Shown: positions 31,001 through 40,133 of the stretch, one piece after another | Position numbering within the stretch: the stretch's first letter is position 1 | How the letters are laid out: each line of letters opens with the position of its first letter | DNA from: Myxococcota bacterium | GTDB lineage: Bacteria > Myxococcota_A > SURF-8 | DNA length: 64,000 nucleotides | Direction of reading: 5' to 3' | Assembly: GCA_963674735.2 (NCBI GenBank) | Contig: CAXXQS010000001.1 | Span: 1,408,001 to 1,472,000, forward strand | Translations under genes and position numbers: made by a program | The notes under the pieces: generated by a model | What the model was told of the DNA's origin: nothing | What the model saw: the letters and a program-made list of their open reading frames with translations, nothing else | Databases searched by the model: none

Positions 31001-33820
31001 GATTGCTGGAGCGCAGTTGTAGAAACTCAATGCCAAGAACCAGCCTGCGACGAAGAGTTGGATACGTGTTTGGCTTTACCGATCCACGAAGGGTTGGAAT
31101 GCAATGATGGCAACCCCGATACTGGGCAGGATATCTGTCGGGATGGGCGTTGCGTAGGCGAAGCCTGCACATGTTTCGAAATCAACACCTGCTGCAATGG
31201 CTGCTTCCCTCGTAATGAAGGAAGTGTTTGTACAGACGACGGTCGCACTTGTACGGACGATGTCTGCAATTCCGGAAGCTGCGAACACTCGATTCTGGAC
31301 GACTGGTGCTTGATCGACAACGTCTGTCTGTCAAATGGAACGGTTGACGAGAGCAACACCTGCCGAACTTGCGACGCAAATGCCGACTCAACAGACTGGT
31401 CATTTCGTGCCGATGGCCAACCTTGTGATGATGGGCAATTCTGCCTGATCGATGAAACCTGCCAGAGTGGAGTTTGCAGCAGTGATGAACCTCGCGATTG
31501 CTCAACTGCGGTAACCGTTCCACAGTGCCAGTCAGCGAGTTGCAACGAGGAACTGGATCAATGCGTCGCATTACCCGCGAACGAAGATCAGACCTGTGAT
31601 GACGGCAACCCGGCAACCGGAGGCGACCACTGTACGAATGGTCTTTGTTTAGGTGAAGGCTGTACCTGCTCACAGATAAACGCTTGTTGTGACGGATGTT
31701 TTCCAATCAACGAATCCCAATCCTGTACAGACGACGGATTGGCTTGTACGCTTGATCGATGCACGGAAGGCCATTGTTCGCACGATCTCTCACCCGGCTT
31801 TTGCCTTATTGACGACGTATGCATTGCGGACGGCACCGATCGGCCCGATTTTCCTTGTCAATACTGCGATGCCTTGATGCCGGACCGCTGGCGTGCCAAG
31901 CCGAATCAAACAAGCTGTGAGGACGGGGCTTTTTGCACGATTGGGGATCATTGTCAAGACGGCGCATGCCTGGCAGATGGACCGCGCGACTGCTCATCCG
32001 CCGTCGGTGATGCCCAATGCGAACAACCAGCCTGCAATGAGGTCGACGACCGCTGCGAAACATTGCCGCGCGACTACGGAATTGCTTGTAATGACGGGGA
32101 GCTGTGCAGCTATGACGACCATTGCGACGGTTTCGGACACTGCGGAGGAACGGAAATCGTTTGTGAAAACGACTCCGGCACCTGCGGTGCGGCAAGGGCT
32201 TGCAATGGATCCGCAACTTGCGAAACCACTTGGCCGGGGATTGAAACGTCATGTGATGACGGTGAGTTATGTACGTATGATGATCGTTGCGACGGTTCGG
32301 GCGGCTGCCATGGAGAAGCCGTCATCTGTACGGATGACCTTACAACATGCGGAGCCCGTCGGAGTTGCAATGGATCGAGTTTGTGCAGTATCAGCTTCCC
32401 CGGTTCCGACCAGAGTTGCAACGATCAAAACCCGTGTAGCTATGACGACCACTGCAACAGTAACGGAGCCTGCGTAGGCGTCGAGATCGACTGTACCGAC
32501 GATCCGAGTGTTTGTGGGGTAAAGCGTAGTTGCAACGGTAGTGATATCTGCTCGACGTTTTACCCGGCAGGCGAGCAAAGTTGCGATGATGCCGAGCTAT
32601 GCACGTATGACGACCACTGCAACGGATCGGGAAGTTGTATCGGAACAACAATCACCTGTGAAGACGACCCCGGCGACTGTGGAGTCCGGCGTGACTGCAA
32701 CGGAACGGCCGTCTGCTCTATCGTGCATCCCGGTGAGGAAACGAGCTGCGATGACGATGACTTATGCACAAACAGCGACCACTGCAACGGAAGCGGCACT
32801 TGTGTCGGAGAACCGGTGCTTTGCACCAGCGATCCGGCGGTCTGCGGTCTTAAAAGCGCTTGCGATGCCTCTACGGGTGCCTGTTTGGAGCATTACCCGG
32901 ATGAAACGATCAGTTGCGACGATAACGACCCCTGCTCTCCCGACGACCACTGCAATGCAGCCGGGGAATGTGTCGGAACATCTTGTCCGGATGGATATTA
33001 CTGTCAAGATACTACCTGTCGTAAAGAAGGCTTTATTTTCACCCCGGCAAGCAGCTTCTGGATGGGAAGTCGCGAAGAAGAGCTCGGACGGGAAATCGAT
33101 GAGACACGCCATTACGTCACGTTAACCTATAACCTGGAAGTGATGGACCACGAAGTTACTCAGGAAGAGTTTAGTTCACGCATGGGCTATAATCCCAGTT
33201 ACTTTGACGAAACCTGTGGAGCCCAATGCCCGGTGGAAAATGTCAGCTGGCACGAAGCTTTGGCATATGCCAATTCATTCAGCGCAGATACCGGGTTACC
33301 GAGCTGCTTTATCTGCACGGGAACACTTCCAAATATCACCTGTACCCTCGATTCGACTTACGCCAAACCGCAAGATTGCACCGGTTTTCGCCTACCGACC
33401 GAAGCCGAATGGGAATTTGTCGCCCGTGCCGGGACGGAAAACGCGACTCCAAGCGGGAATTTGATTCATACCGGTTGCGATCCTGTGGATGCGGGCTTGA
33501 ACAGCCTTGGTTGGTTCTGCGGAAACGCCACACTTCAACCCCACCTCGGCAAGCAAAAAAATGCCAATGCCTGGGGACTTTACGACATTCTTGGAAATGT
33601 TGGTGAATGGGTTTGGGACCGCTATTACATGAACTACCAGACCGACCTTCCAACGGACCCCATCGGTCCCGGCGGAACAGCATCGAGCCGCGTCATTCGC
33701 GGTGGAAACTGGCAGTACGAAGCCCGCTGGTGCCGTCTTGCCAGCCGGGCCGCCAATACAGACTCGAATCGCTTCAACAATGTCGGTTTCCGATTGGTAC
33801 GCTCAATCAGCAACCCTTGA
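28052..33820 (+). CDS. Giant lipoprotein: about 6 choice-of-anchor-D/ASH Ig-like domains, Cys-rich repeats, C-terminal FGE-sulfatase (C-lectin fold) domain
   Basis: Lipobox VWGC; repeated LDFG…N.G…SNDP Ig units; CDDEDNDCDGVTDE motif; FWMGS, RLPTEAEWE, NAWGLYDILGNVGEW, RGGNW and GFRLVR motifs. Confidence 0.88.
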   Translation: MNALKHWSNILIIIGICASIVWGCQSSKATVSNPPADGDTDTAQTQPCDQDHDCTDGWICHQAVCVPSSASPCTSDDECRLDSDCQVDEYCNDLCACKLRDSSDGDSPSDGDESSSSCQDGPQAEVENLLDFGYVPFDMDAMRTLHIRNICENQVLSINNVDIVSDSAEFRLLNAPIEPVILSDTHDVLEIDVLYHPTDIGTDEGTIAISSNDPDGVAPVRLQSAYKGDVSIEATPNPLTFQDIDITAVAEQRTLIVRNVKNGEEDNAVLRVNAAYLESTDSPVFNLTSTSFPFYLGQGSEKEISIRCQPTEAVEFRNDLIIESNDPEEPLYRVELICNGVAPELSLDNVSADFVLDFGTQRLQMETIQSLLLRNSGDAPLNLFEPTLAAGSHSSFTLDTSAFPAEGRGLNPGMTASLPVHFLAENEGVYHGQIRLQSDVPGMETLFVDLLGEAQQIALNLDPALLEFGQVRVGQTLKRTLTIENIGEIPVQILDVSLENETSTIQFDGDPSMILGDLIPGSQTSITLQFAPASRGNALNTLEFETDDPEHPIIQVPLSGMGIAPIIQLTERDNPDFTDQLDFGFITLDRQGQRHLEIHNLGDAILHILDMELATNTADEEFDILQTGVVAVNPNSYASVTLTYNPVGFPGQDLGQLRIASDDSDSPTMIIGLVGTATDQRLSVSPLPPWKFDDSFFGASKHEILRLSNTGLLGVLDITGIEVVEGSEVFTVEPLVQELPYTLYPNQGNWLTIEITFSPPSADLQVSPRDYAGRLRIQSSSYTGELFEDDLEATAVPCPAGCWDNDGNPDDCEYCGCNLTNGGIEICDDEDNDCDGVTDEPGNTLLDNCSPPQNAAAVCLNGACDFVCTDNYHRCGDACYTQDDPAHCGESCENCADDGLTCTSTVCENESCSHVLHEAACLIDGRCYAYNDDNPSNDCEACLPLLSQSGWSSKANGSLCDDKQYCTLNSACQFGSCLGGEDRDCWSAVVETQCQEPACDEELDTCLALPIHEGLECNDGNPDTGQDICRDGRCVGEACTCFEINTCCNGCFPRNEGSVCTDDGRTCTDDVCNSGSCEHSILDDWCLIDNVCLSNGTVDESNTCRTCDANADSTDWSFRADGQPCDDGQFCLIDETCQSGVCSSDEPRDCSTAVTVPQCQSASCNEELDQCVALPANEDQTCDDGNPATGGDHCTNGLCLGEGCTCSQINACCDGCFPINESQSCTDDGLACTLDRCTEGHCSHDLSPGFCLIDDVCIADGTDRPDFPCQYCDALMPDRWRAKPNQTSCEDGAFCTIGDHCQDGACLADGPRDCSSAVGDAQCEQPACNEVDDRCETLPRDYGIACNDGELCSYDDHCDGFGHCGGTEIVCENDSGTCGAARACNGSATCETTWPGIETSCDDGELCTYDDRCDGSGGCHGEAVICTDDLTTCGARRSCNGSSLCSISFPGSDQSCNDQNPCSYDDHCNSNGACVGVEIDCTDDPSVCGVKRSCNGSDICSTFYPAGEQSCDDAELCTYDDHCNGSGSCIGTTITCEDDPGDCGVRRDCNGTAVCSIVHPGEETSCDDDDLCTNSDHCNGSGTCVGEPVLCTSDPAVCGLKSACDASTGACLEHYPDETISCDDNDPCSPDDHCNAAGECVGTSCPDGYYCQDTTCRKEGFIFTPASSFWMGSREEELGREIDETRHYVTLTYNLEVMDHEVTQEEFSSRMGYNPSYFDETCGAQCPVENVSWHEALAYANSFSADTGLPSCFICTGTLPNITCTLDSTYAKPQDCTGFRLPTEAEWEFVARAGTENATPSGNLIHTGCDPVDAGLNSLGWFCGNATLQPHLGKQKNANAWGLYDILGNVGEWVWDRYYMNYQTDLPTDPIGPGGTASSRVIRGGNWQYEARWCRLASRAANTDSNRFNNVGFRLVRSISNP
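30734..32086 (+). repeat. Intragenic tandem repeat with 495-bp (165-aa) period, about 2.7 copies
   Basis: C(A/T)DDG..CT units start at 30734, 31229 and 31724 with conserved Cys spacing. Confidence 0.85.
32087..32990 (+). repeat. Intragenic tandem repeat with 165-bp (55-aa) period, about 5.4 copies
   Basis: C(N/D)D…C..DD(H/R)C units start at 32087, 32252, 32417, 32582, 32747 and 32915. Confidence 0.9.
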
Positions 33821-33855
33821 TCTTTCTCGTGTCCGATCACGGTTTTCTTGCTCAT

Positions 33856-34845
33856 TCACGCTTTCAACGGCAAAGCTTTCGCCAACGGACGAAGTATCTT
33901 TGGCAGCAAGCGTCCCAGCGGAAACGCAACAATCAAAGCCGCGAACAACGCCAAGCCAATAGGCCCCAACCAGATGCCCGGCAGCCAGTTGTCGGCAAAC
34001 ACGGATCCAAATATCAGCATAAACGCGGCGCGACCACTCATTACCGACCGGCGCTCATCGTCCTCGACCGCATCCCAAAAGCCTGCGAGCAAGAGTAGAG
34101 GCAGATCAACCCATAGTAAATACAACCAGTTGGCAGGCTCCGCCCGCAACAGGACTTCGAGCGGTCCTTCCAGACGTCCATTTAGTTGGCTGAGCGTTAA
34201 AGTGGAAGGTTGGCTTAGATCAGCCGTAAGACGATGAACATTGCGTTCATGCGCAATCAATTTCTTGCCATGTCCGCGGCGCCCGAAGCGAATTCGTCTC
34301 CAATTTCGCTTCAACACCCCCTTCACCGTTTCGTGATACCTCGGATTGCGAAGATGCAAGACATAAGAAGTTTCGGCGACTTTGTTCTCTTCCGGCAGGT
34401 GGCCATTCACTTCCAGCAACCACCACTGATCGTCGCTGTTTTGAGCTGGAATCGTCGCCTTGTCATCGGCCGACTCGAAAACAAGGCGAGTAGCGTGTTC
34501 CTGCGAAAGGAGCGGACGAACGGCAGGATAACCCGCTGCAGCAACAAGAGCCAGGCCCAAAAACACCGCTAAAATCAGGCGCCAACGCCGGAAATGAGTT
34601 CGACGACGCAGGTCGCGAACGATGAGTGCCAGGGGTATCAACAGCGCCGTACCTGTAAGAGCAACGCCCAACCATTCTTCCGGCACACCAATCAGCACAA
34701 CAGCAAGAACTGTGATCATGATCAGGAAAGGTACAACCAATGATTTGATCCAACCGTCCCAAGCCATCAAGAGATACAAGCGCCAAGAAGAAACAGTGGC
34801 GGGCTCAGATGGTGAAGGTTTCTTAGATTTTGAGGACGGTGGCAT
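33856..34845 (-). CDS. Hypothetical integral membrane protein
   Basis: About 3 N-terminal and 3 C-terminal TM segments flanking a soluble domain; GGGAG RBS. Confidence 0.75.
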   Translation of the reverse strand: MPPSSKSKKPSPSEPATVSSWRLYLLMAWDGWIKSLVVPFLIMITVLAVVLIGVPEEWLGVALTGTALLIPLALIVRDLRRRTHFRRWRLILAVFLGLALVAAAGYPAVRPLLSQEHATRLVFESADDKATIPAQNSDDQWWLLEVNGHLPEENKVAETSYVLHLRNPRYHETVKGVLKRNWRRIRFGRRGHGKKLIAHERNVHRLTADLSQPSTLTLSQLNGRLEGPLEVLLRAEPANWLYLLWVDLPLLLLAGFWDAVEDDERRSVMSGRAAFMLIFGSVFADNWLPGIWLGPIGLALFAALIVAFPLGRLLPKILRPLAKALPLKA

Positions 34846-35153
34846 AATTGGCTCCCTTTCATTGGCAAACCAACTCGGTGTTTGTCTTGAGCTTCAACTG
34901 TTTCAAGTGAGAAATAATTCCTGGAACCGTGTTTTCTCAAATTTTCCCAGTTTTGAAGACATTGGAGATGGTACCGCAGGATGCTTCACTCGTCGATTCT
35001 TCCGAATAACCGCTTATGAGGCTCCGTGCTCAAACTTGGGAGAACGATCTCATCACTGGCCTCACAATATTTGTCTATCGAGGAAATCATCACGTCGGCC
35101 GACATTCTTTGTTTCTCCAGGTAAACCGAGGGCCAATAGTTTGAATGTAATTA

Positions 35154-38100
35154 TTACTTGGCGGGATCGGCCTTCAAGTCCATATGAAATCGAGTAAAAC
35201 TTTCATTATCGCTTTCAAAGCTCAAGTATCCACCATGCTCCTTCATGATGCCATGGCTAACCGACAAACCGAGGCCAGTCCCATGTGCACGCGATTTACT
35301 CGTGAAGAATGGATCGAAAATACGCTCCTGAAATTCTTCGGGAATTCCGCAACCATGATCCTCGACCGTTAGGCGGATCCAATTTTCATCTTGTTTGTTG
35401 TAACAACGAAGCGTGATTAAAATCTGTTTATCGACGTTGAAACGGGGATAGCGCTGGTTCAAGGCATCCCTTGCATTGGTTAGTAGATTCATAACTACCT
35501 GCATCAACTGCTGACGGCGACAACGCACGCATGGCAATTTTTCTTCAACATCCACATGCGTACTGATCTGGTCTTTGTGGAGAACTTTGCGTGTTAGAGA
35601 CAACGTCTCCTCCAAGATTTCATCCAACTTTGCAGGCTTGATGATTTCTTTCTCACGGCGCGAAAAGGCTAGCAGGTTCTGAACGATTCCCGCAATCCGT
35701 TCACTTTCGGAAATGATTTCACTGGCATATTTGGAAACCTTTTCTTCATTGGCTGCCCGGCGCACGATCAACTCACCAAAATTCATAATAATATTCAACG
35801 GGTTGTTTATTTCATGGGCGACACCCGAGGCTAAGGTTCCAATGGATTCAAGCTTCTGTTGCTGACGAATTTGCGCTTCCATGTTTTTTCGCTGGGTAAT
35901 GTCACGCACCATCCAAATCACACGTCGGCTAGGAAAGTCCACGCCCTCAAGAACAGACGTTCGGGCTTCAAACCAGCATCGACCGGCAGGGACATCGATT
36001 TCATATTCAAAGAACTGCGTGGAACCGGTGTCCAAAGTGCGTCGGATCGTATCAACAAAACCATCGGCGATTTCTTTGGGGAAAACATCATGCAACAAAT
36101 TTCCTTGAAGCTTTCCGGCTTCTCTATAAAGCAGATCGCTCTTTTCTACAAGGACTTCAATGTACTTGCCGTTCTCATCAAGAATAAACGGCAAGTCGGG
36201 TATCGCTTGTATGAAGGCCCGAAGATAGCTTTCACGGACTTCACGCTCATTCTCCGCTTGTCTGAGCGCCGTGTGGTCGGCCAACATAACCACTAACTGC
36301 TCATCTCCGATCGCGGCCCCTTGAAATTCGACATCTTTGATCGTCCCGTCCTTACAGGTCACACGATATTCAATTCCCTGACGAACTCCATCGTTTATGA
36401 CAAGACGATCCCAGTCCGATAGCACGGCCGCACGATAAGCCGAGTCGGGATAAGCGGTTTCATGCCAGGTTTTCAAATCAGGAATATCTTCGAGTCGATA
36501 GCCAAGCATTTTTTCAAACTCGTTATTAATGAAATGAACATGCCCATCCAACGATATGTCGATGATGGCGACTCCATAGGGAGCATGTTGCAAAACGGCA
36601 TGAAATGTTTCACTTTTCTTGCGTATTTCCTCTTCGGCACGCTGCCGGACGGCGATTTCACATTTAAGTTTTTCATTGGCTTCGATAAATTCCTGCGTGC
36701 GCTTATTTACCTGGTCTTCGAGACGTCCGCGATATTTTTCCAATTCCACTTCAGATGTACGGCGCTCGTGAATATCTCGACACATTGCTATCAGCCGAAC
36801 ACCGTTTTCGGTTTCAATCGTATTTGCATTGACCTCCACGGGAGTGAGAAGTCCATCTGAAGTAAGATAATTGACCACGAAATTGCGCACGCGGCCGTCG
36901 GATAAACAGGTTTGCATGGCTTCCTGATTCCGATCCCGCTCATCCGGGGCTGTCCATTCCAAAACAGACCGCCCCAGGATGTCTTCAAGCCGATCATGTC
37001 CACTCATACGGACATATTCAAAGTTGGCATCTTCTACACATCCATTTGGATCGACGATCAAACACCCCGTGTCTGTTGTATCAATCAGGTCTTTGTATTT
37101 TAATTCCGATTCCAACAGAGCTTGCTTGGCTTGATGCTGTTCGGTGATATCGATCATGACCCCTTGAATATGACTCACCTCACCTTTTGAATCGAAGAAC
37201 AGATGAACGCGTTCATCGATCCAACGGATGGCGCCATCTGCGGTTTGAACTCGAAAGTGGAATGCGAAGTTTTTCCGTTTCTCCTTGATTGCTTCCAATA
37301 TAGTATCAAAAACCCAACTCACATCTTCGTAATAGACAAAATCAAGAAAGCTAACCCGACCCGAAAAGAAATCATGGCGTGTGTATCCAAATGTTTTGAT
37401 TGTTTCAGTAATATATTCTATTTGGAACATTTCATCGTTACGGACGAGGAAAAGGACGATCGGACTGTTCTGGATAATCAATTCCAGTTCTTTCAGTTCT
37501 TCATAGGCTTCCCGAAAGGCAAACTCGGATTTTTTCTGCTCGGTAATATCCGTTGCTATCCCTAAAATATAGGCACTATCATGGTGGAAGTCGACAAGGG
37601 GTGTTTTGACGGTGCGCCAGATCCGCTCATTTCCATCTTGGCTATGCACGCTTTCTGCCGTAACAACCAGTGATTCTCGACTTCTTAAAAGTTCCAAATC
37701 TTTCTCGCGAAAGAAATCGGCTTCATTTTTTGGGAAAAGATCGTAGTCGCTGCGACCGAGAACATCTTCTGCCTTGTATCCCAGTAACTGTTCGCATTGA
37801 CGGTTCCATGCGACAAACCGCCCGCTTTTCGCCTCTTTAATGAAAAGGGCGTCCGGAATATAGTTGATAACCTGCGCTAAAAATGAGTCCGGATCGTTTA
37901 TCGCGCGCAGACCATCTTCATTCCGATAAGACTCCCACTCTTTTACAAACTCGATTTCAAGTCTGTCGAAAGTTTCATTCAAGATACGATCATCAGTTTG
38001 ATTTGGAGTGGAATCTGCATAGCTCTCAGAATACAGTCGCCTTGCTTCCTTGAGCACCGCCAGGCAACTCGAGCACTTGTCACCACACTCCTTTAGAACT

Positions 38101-38327
38101 TCAATAGATTTCAAGAATTCTCGCTTTGCCTCATCTGAACCCCACTCCGCTTCAGATGACATCTCAAAGGAATTTTCGAGATAAGTGCAAATCAGATCCA
38201 TAATTGCGATTAAACATCTTTCTTTAGATGCGGCCGCGGTATCAGGGTAATATCGACCGATAAAGCGCATCATTCCCTTTTTCAGATCATCTCGATCCAA
38301 TATTTTTGCATAACTAGCGACAGCCAT
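35154..38327 (-). CDS. Cytoplasmic multi-PAS (about 5) sensor histidine kinase
   Basis: Five PAS/PAC-like units; GVAHEINNPL, NARDAL, DHGCG, FFTSK and GTGLGL motifs; no TM or REC domain. Confidence 0.92.
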   Translation of the reverse strand: MAVASYAKILDRDDLKKGMMRFIGRYYPDTAAASKERCLIAIMDLICTYLENSFEMSSEAEWGSDEAKREFLKSIEVLKECGDKCSSCLAVLKEARRLYSESYADSTPNQTDDRILNETFDRLEIEFVKEWESYRNEDGLRAINDPDSFLAQVINYIPDALFIKEAKSGRFVAWNRQCEQLLGYKAEDVLGRSDYDLFPKNEADFFREKDLELLRSRESLVVTAESVHSQDGNERIWRTVKTPLVDFHHDSAYILGIATDITEQKKSEFAFREAYEELKELELIIQNSPIVLFLVRNDEMFQIEYITETIKTFGYTRHDFFSGRVSFLDFVYYEDVSWVFDTILEAIKEKRKNFAFHFRVQTADGAIRWIDERVHLFFDSKGEVSHIQGVMIDITEQHQAKQALLESELKYKDLIDTTDTGCLIVDPNGCVEDANFEYVRMSGHDRLEDILGRSVLEWTAPDERDRNQEAMQTCLSDGRVRNFVVNYLTSDGLLTPVEVNANTIETENGVRLIAMCRDIHERRTSEVELEKYRGRLEDQVNKRTQEFIEANEKLKCEIAVRQRAEEEIRKKSETFHAVLQHAPYGVAIIDISLDGHVHFINNEFEKMLGYRLEDIPDLKTWHETAYPDSAYRAAVLSDWDRLVINDGVRQGIEYRVTCKDGTIKDVEFQGAAIGDEQLVVMLADHTALRQAENEREVRESYLRAFIQAIPDLPFILDENGKYIEVLVEKSDLLYREAGKLQGNLLHDVFPKEIADGFVDTIRRTLDTGSTQFFEYEIDVPAGRCWFEARTSVLEGVDFPSRRVIWMVRDITQRKNMEAQIRQQQKLESIGTLASGVAHEINNPLNIIMNFGELIVRRAANEEKVSKYASEIISESERIAGIVQNLLAFSRREKEIIKPAKLDEILEETLSLTRKVLHKDQISTHVDVEEKLPCVRCRRQQLMQVVMNLLTNARDALNQRYPRFNVDKQILITLRCYNKQDENWIRLTVEDHGCGIPEEFQERIFDPFFTSKSRAHGTGLGLSVSHGIMKEHGGYLSFESDNESFTRFHMDLKADPAK

Positions 38328-38718
38328 TGCTTTTATATCTTCTTGATCATGGTATTGATAATCAGGAAATAAGATACCATGTCATTCGGATATTTCAACG
38401 AATCTTTCATTGTGCTGCGGCACTTGCCAATCCCCTGCCAACTTTGCCAAGGCTATTTTGACTGTTATCCCAAACGGCGTTCGTATAACTACCAAGATGG
38501 TACGCCTGGCACCTACTGGAAACCGGAGAATGACCCGACGGATAAAGGACTAAGCATCATCAACGACGAGCCTGTCTGCATTGTAAAACGATCATGAGAA
38601 GCAAAGGGGTGGACTATATGCTCACCGACCGATAAAAATAATCCGCGTGAATTTTTGAGTAATTGTAGGCAAGAGCTCCATGTGGTAAGATTCTGTTTCC
38701 CAAAGGAGCTAACACCAC

Positions 38719-40017
38719 ATGCAAAATTCACAACCCAAAGTCATACTCAGACATTGCAACGATTACGATATCGGTCGCGTTCGGGCGGTTTTATCCGAGG
38801 TGATTGCCGATCTAGGCGTTGAAATCAAGGGACACGTCTTTATCAAGCCGAACATCGTTACAGCCAACCGGAAATACATCCACAATTCATATACTCACCC
38901 GAATTTTTCCGAAAGCGTAGTCGGTGAGCTTAGGAAATTAGGCCTAAAGAACTTAACCTTGGGTGAATCTGGCGGTTACGGCATCCCTTCTCGCCTGTTT
39001 TTCTACGAATCAGGCTACTTGGATTTGGCTAAGCGGTTGAACATACCGCTGATCGACCTCAACGAAGACAAACTGCAACGTGTCGAGCTGACGAAAGGCG
39101 TTCATCATCAGGACATGCTGTTGGCAGAGCATATTAGACTCGCTGATACGAAAATCTGGTTGCCCAAGCTCAAGTATCACATTTTCTGTTCAATTACCCA
39201 GTCCTTAAAGCTCAATATCGGCATCCTGACACACAAGGAGCGAATGCTTTATCACGATCACCGGATACACGAAAAGATTGTGGATCTTTTGGAGGCGGGC
39301 TATCCGGATCTCGTTCTTTCCGATGCGATTGATATCACATACGGTTTCGAATCAGCCCCTTATCCGGTGCGCTTGGGGCTCGTATTGGGTGCGAATGATC
39401 CGCTAGCGGCTGACGTTGTGGCGGCTCACATCATGGGCTATCAACCGCAGGATATCCGGCATTTGGTGATCGCGGCTGAACGAGGTTACGGTTCGCTCGA
39501 TATCAATGACATAGAAATCGGCGGTGACTACGATTTGCAGGAGTTGATAGATAAACCGAAGGGCAAAACACGATTGTTTCAGGTTCTCAGTGAATTAGAT
39601 ACGCCGATTCAATTCTACGCGGGGAAAGCAGCCAACAGCCAGTCCATCTGCGATGGTGGTTGCGAGGGAGCATTAAAAGGCTGCTTGGGAACCATAGAGA
39701 AACGCAATCCAGGATCTCTGGCGAAGGCAAGAAAAGGCGCAATCGTTACCGGCATCTATGAGGAAGACGTCTTAATGCCGGATGGTCCCGTCCTCCTGAT
39801 CGGCCGTTGCACCCAAGTGACGGGTAAACTGGAAGCCAAGTCCATTCATCGAATAAATGGTTGCCCCACTGCAGCCCGCGACCTATTTATCAAACTGCCT
39901 TTGATCTATCGTCTACCCAGCCCGATGCTGGATCTGAAAGATGTGGTTCAGTTTATTCGGTTTACTCTGCGTTCGTGGCTTGTGAAACTTGGTCGATTAT
40001 TCGGAATTGGGAGCTAG
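38719..40017 (+). CDS. DUF362 domain protein (putative Fe-S)
   Basis: VFIKPN, THP, LGES, LPKLKYH, LKLNIG and DPLAAD motifs; C-terminal CDGGC…GRC…GCP; AAGGAG RBS. Confidence 0.85.
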   Translation: MQNSQPKVILRHCNDYDIGRVRAVLSEVIADLGVEIKGHVFIKPNIVTANRKYIHNSYTHPNFSESVVGELRKLGLKNLTLGESGGYGIPSRLFFYESGYLDLAKRLNIPLIDLNEDKLQRVELTKGVHHQDMLLAEHIRLADTKIWLPKLKYHIFCSITQSLKLNIGILTHKERMLYHDHRIHEKIVDLLEAGYPDLVLSDAIDITYGFESAPYPVRLGLVLGANDPLAADVVAAHIMGYQPQDIRHLVIAAERGYGSLDINDIEIGGDYDLQELIDKPKGKTRLFQVLSELDTPIQFYAGKAANSQSICDGGCEGALKGCLGTIEKRNPGSLAKARKGAIVTGIYEEDVLMPDGPVLLIGRCTQVTGKLEAKSIHRINGCPTAARDLFIKLPLIYRLPSPMLDLKDVVQFIRFTLRSWLVKLGRLFGIGS

Positions 40018-40133
40018 CACTTCATTTTCACAGCGAAATAGTAGAAGGATCTCTACTCGTTCCCCTACCCCATCTTATTTCACAGGCCCAGAAGCCCTTC
40101 CGAAGAAGGGCTATCCGGGTCGACAAGCGATCG

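Noticed and set aside
32087-32990. CRISPR-like periodic array
   Set aside because: The repeats are in-frame, codon-degenerate protein repeats without identical DNA repeats or spacers, and there are no cas genes.
33680-33820. FGE-type C-terminus as a diversity-generating retroelement variable region
   Set aside because: I saw no reverse transcriptase, Avd or template-repeat copy in the window. A remote DGR cannot be excluded; test by BLASTN of this segment against the genome, looking for adenine-specific mismatches.
34860-34988. Selenocysteine readthrough of the small ORF's TGA
   Set aside because: No redox motif context or convincing SECIS hairpin, and the extension runs out of frame into the next gene.
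38379-38597. 72-aa ORF in the kinase/DUF362 intergenic region
   Set aside because: No recognisable motif and only a weak RBS; probably divergent promoter DNA.
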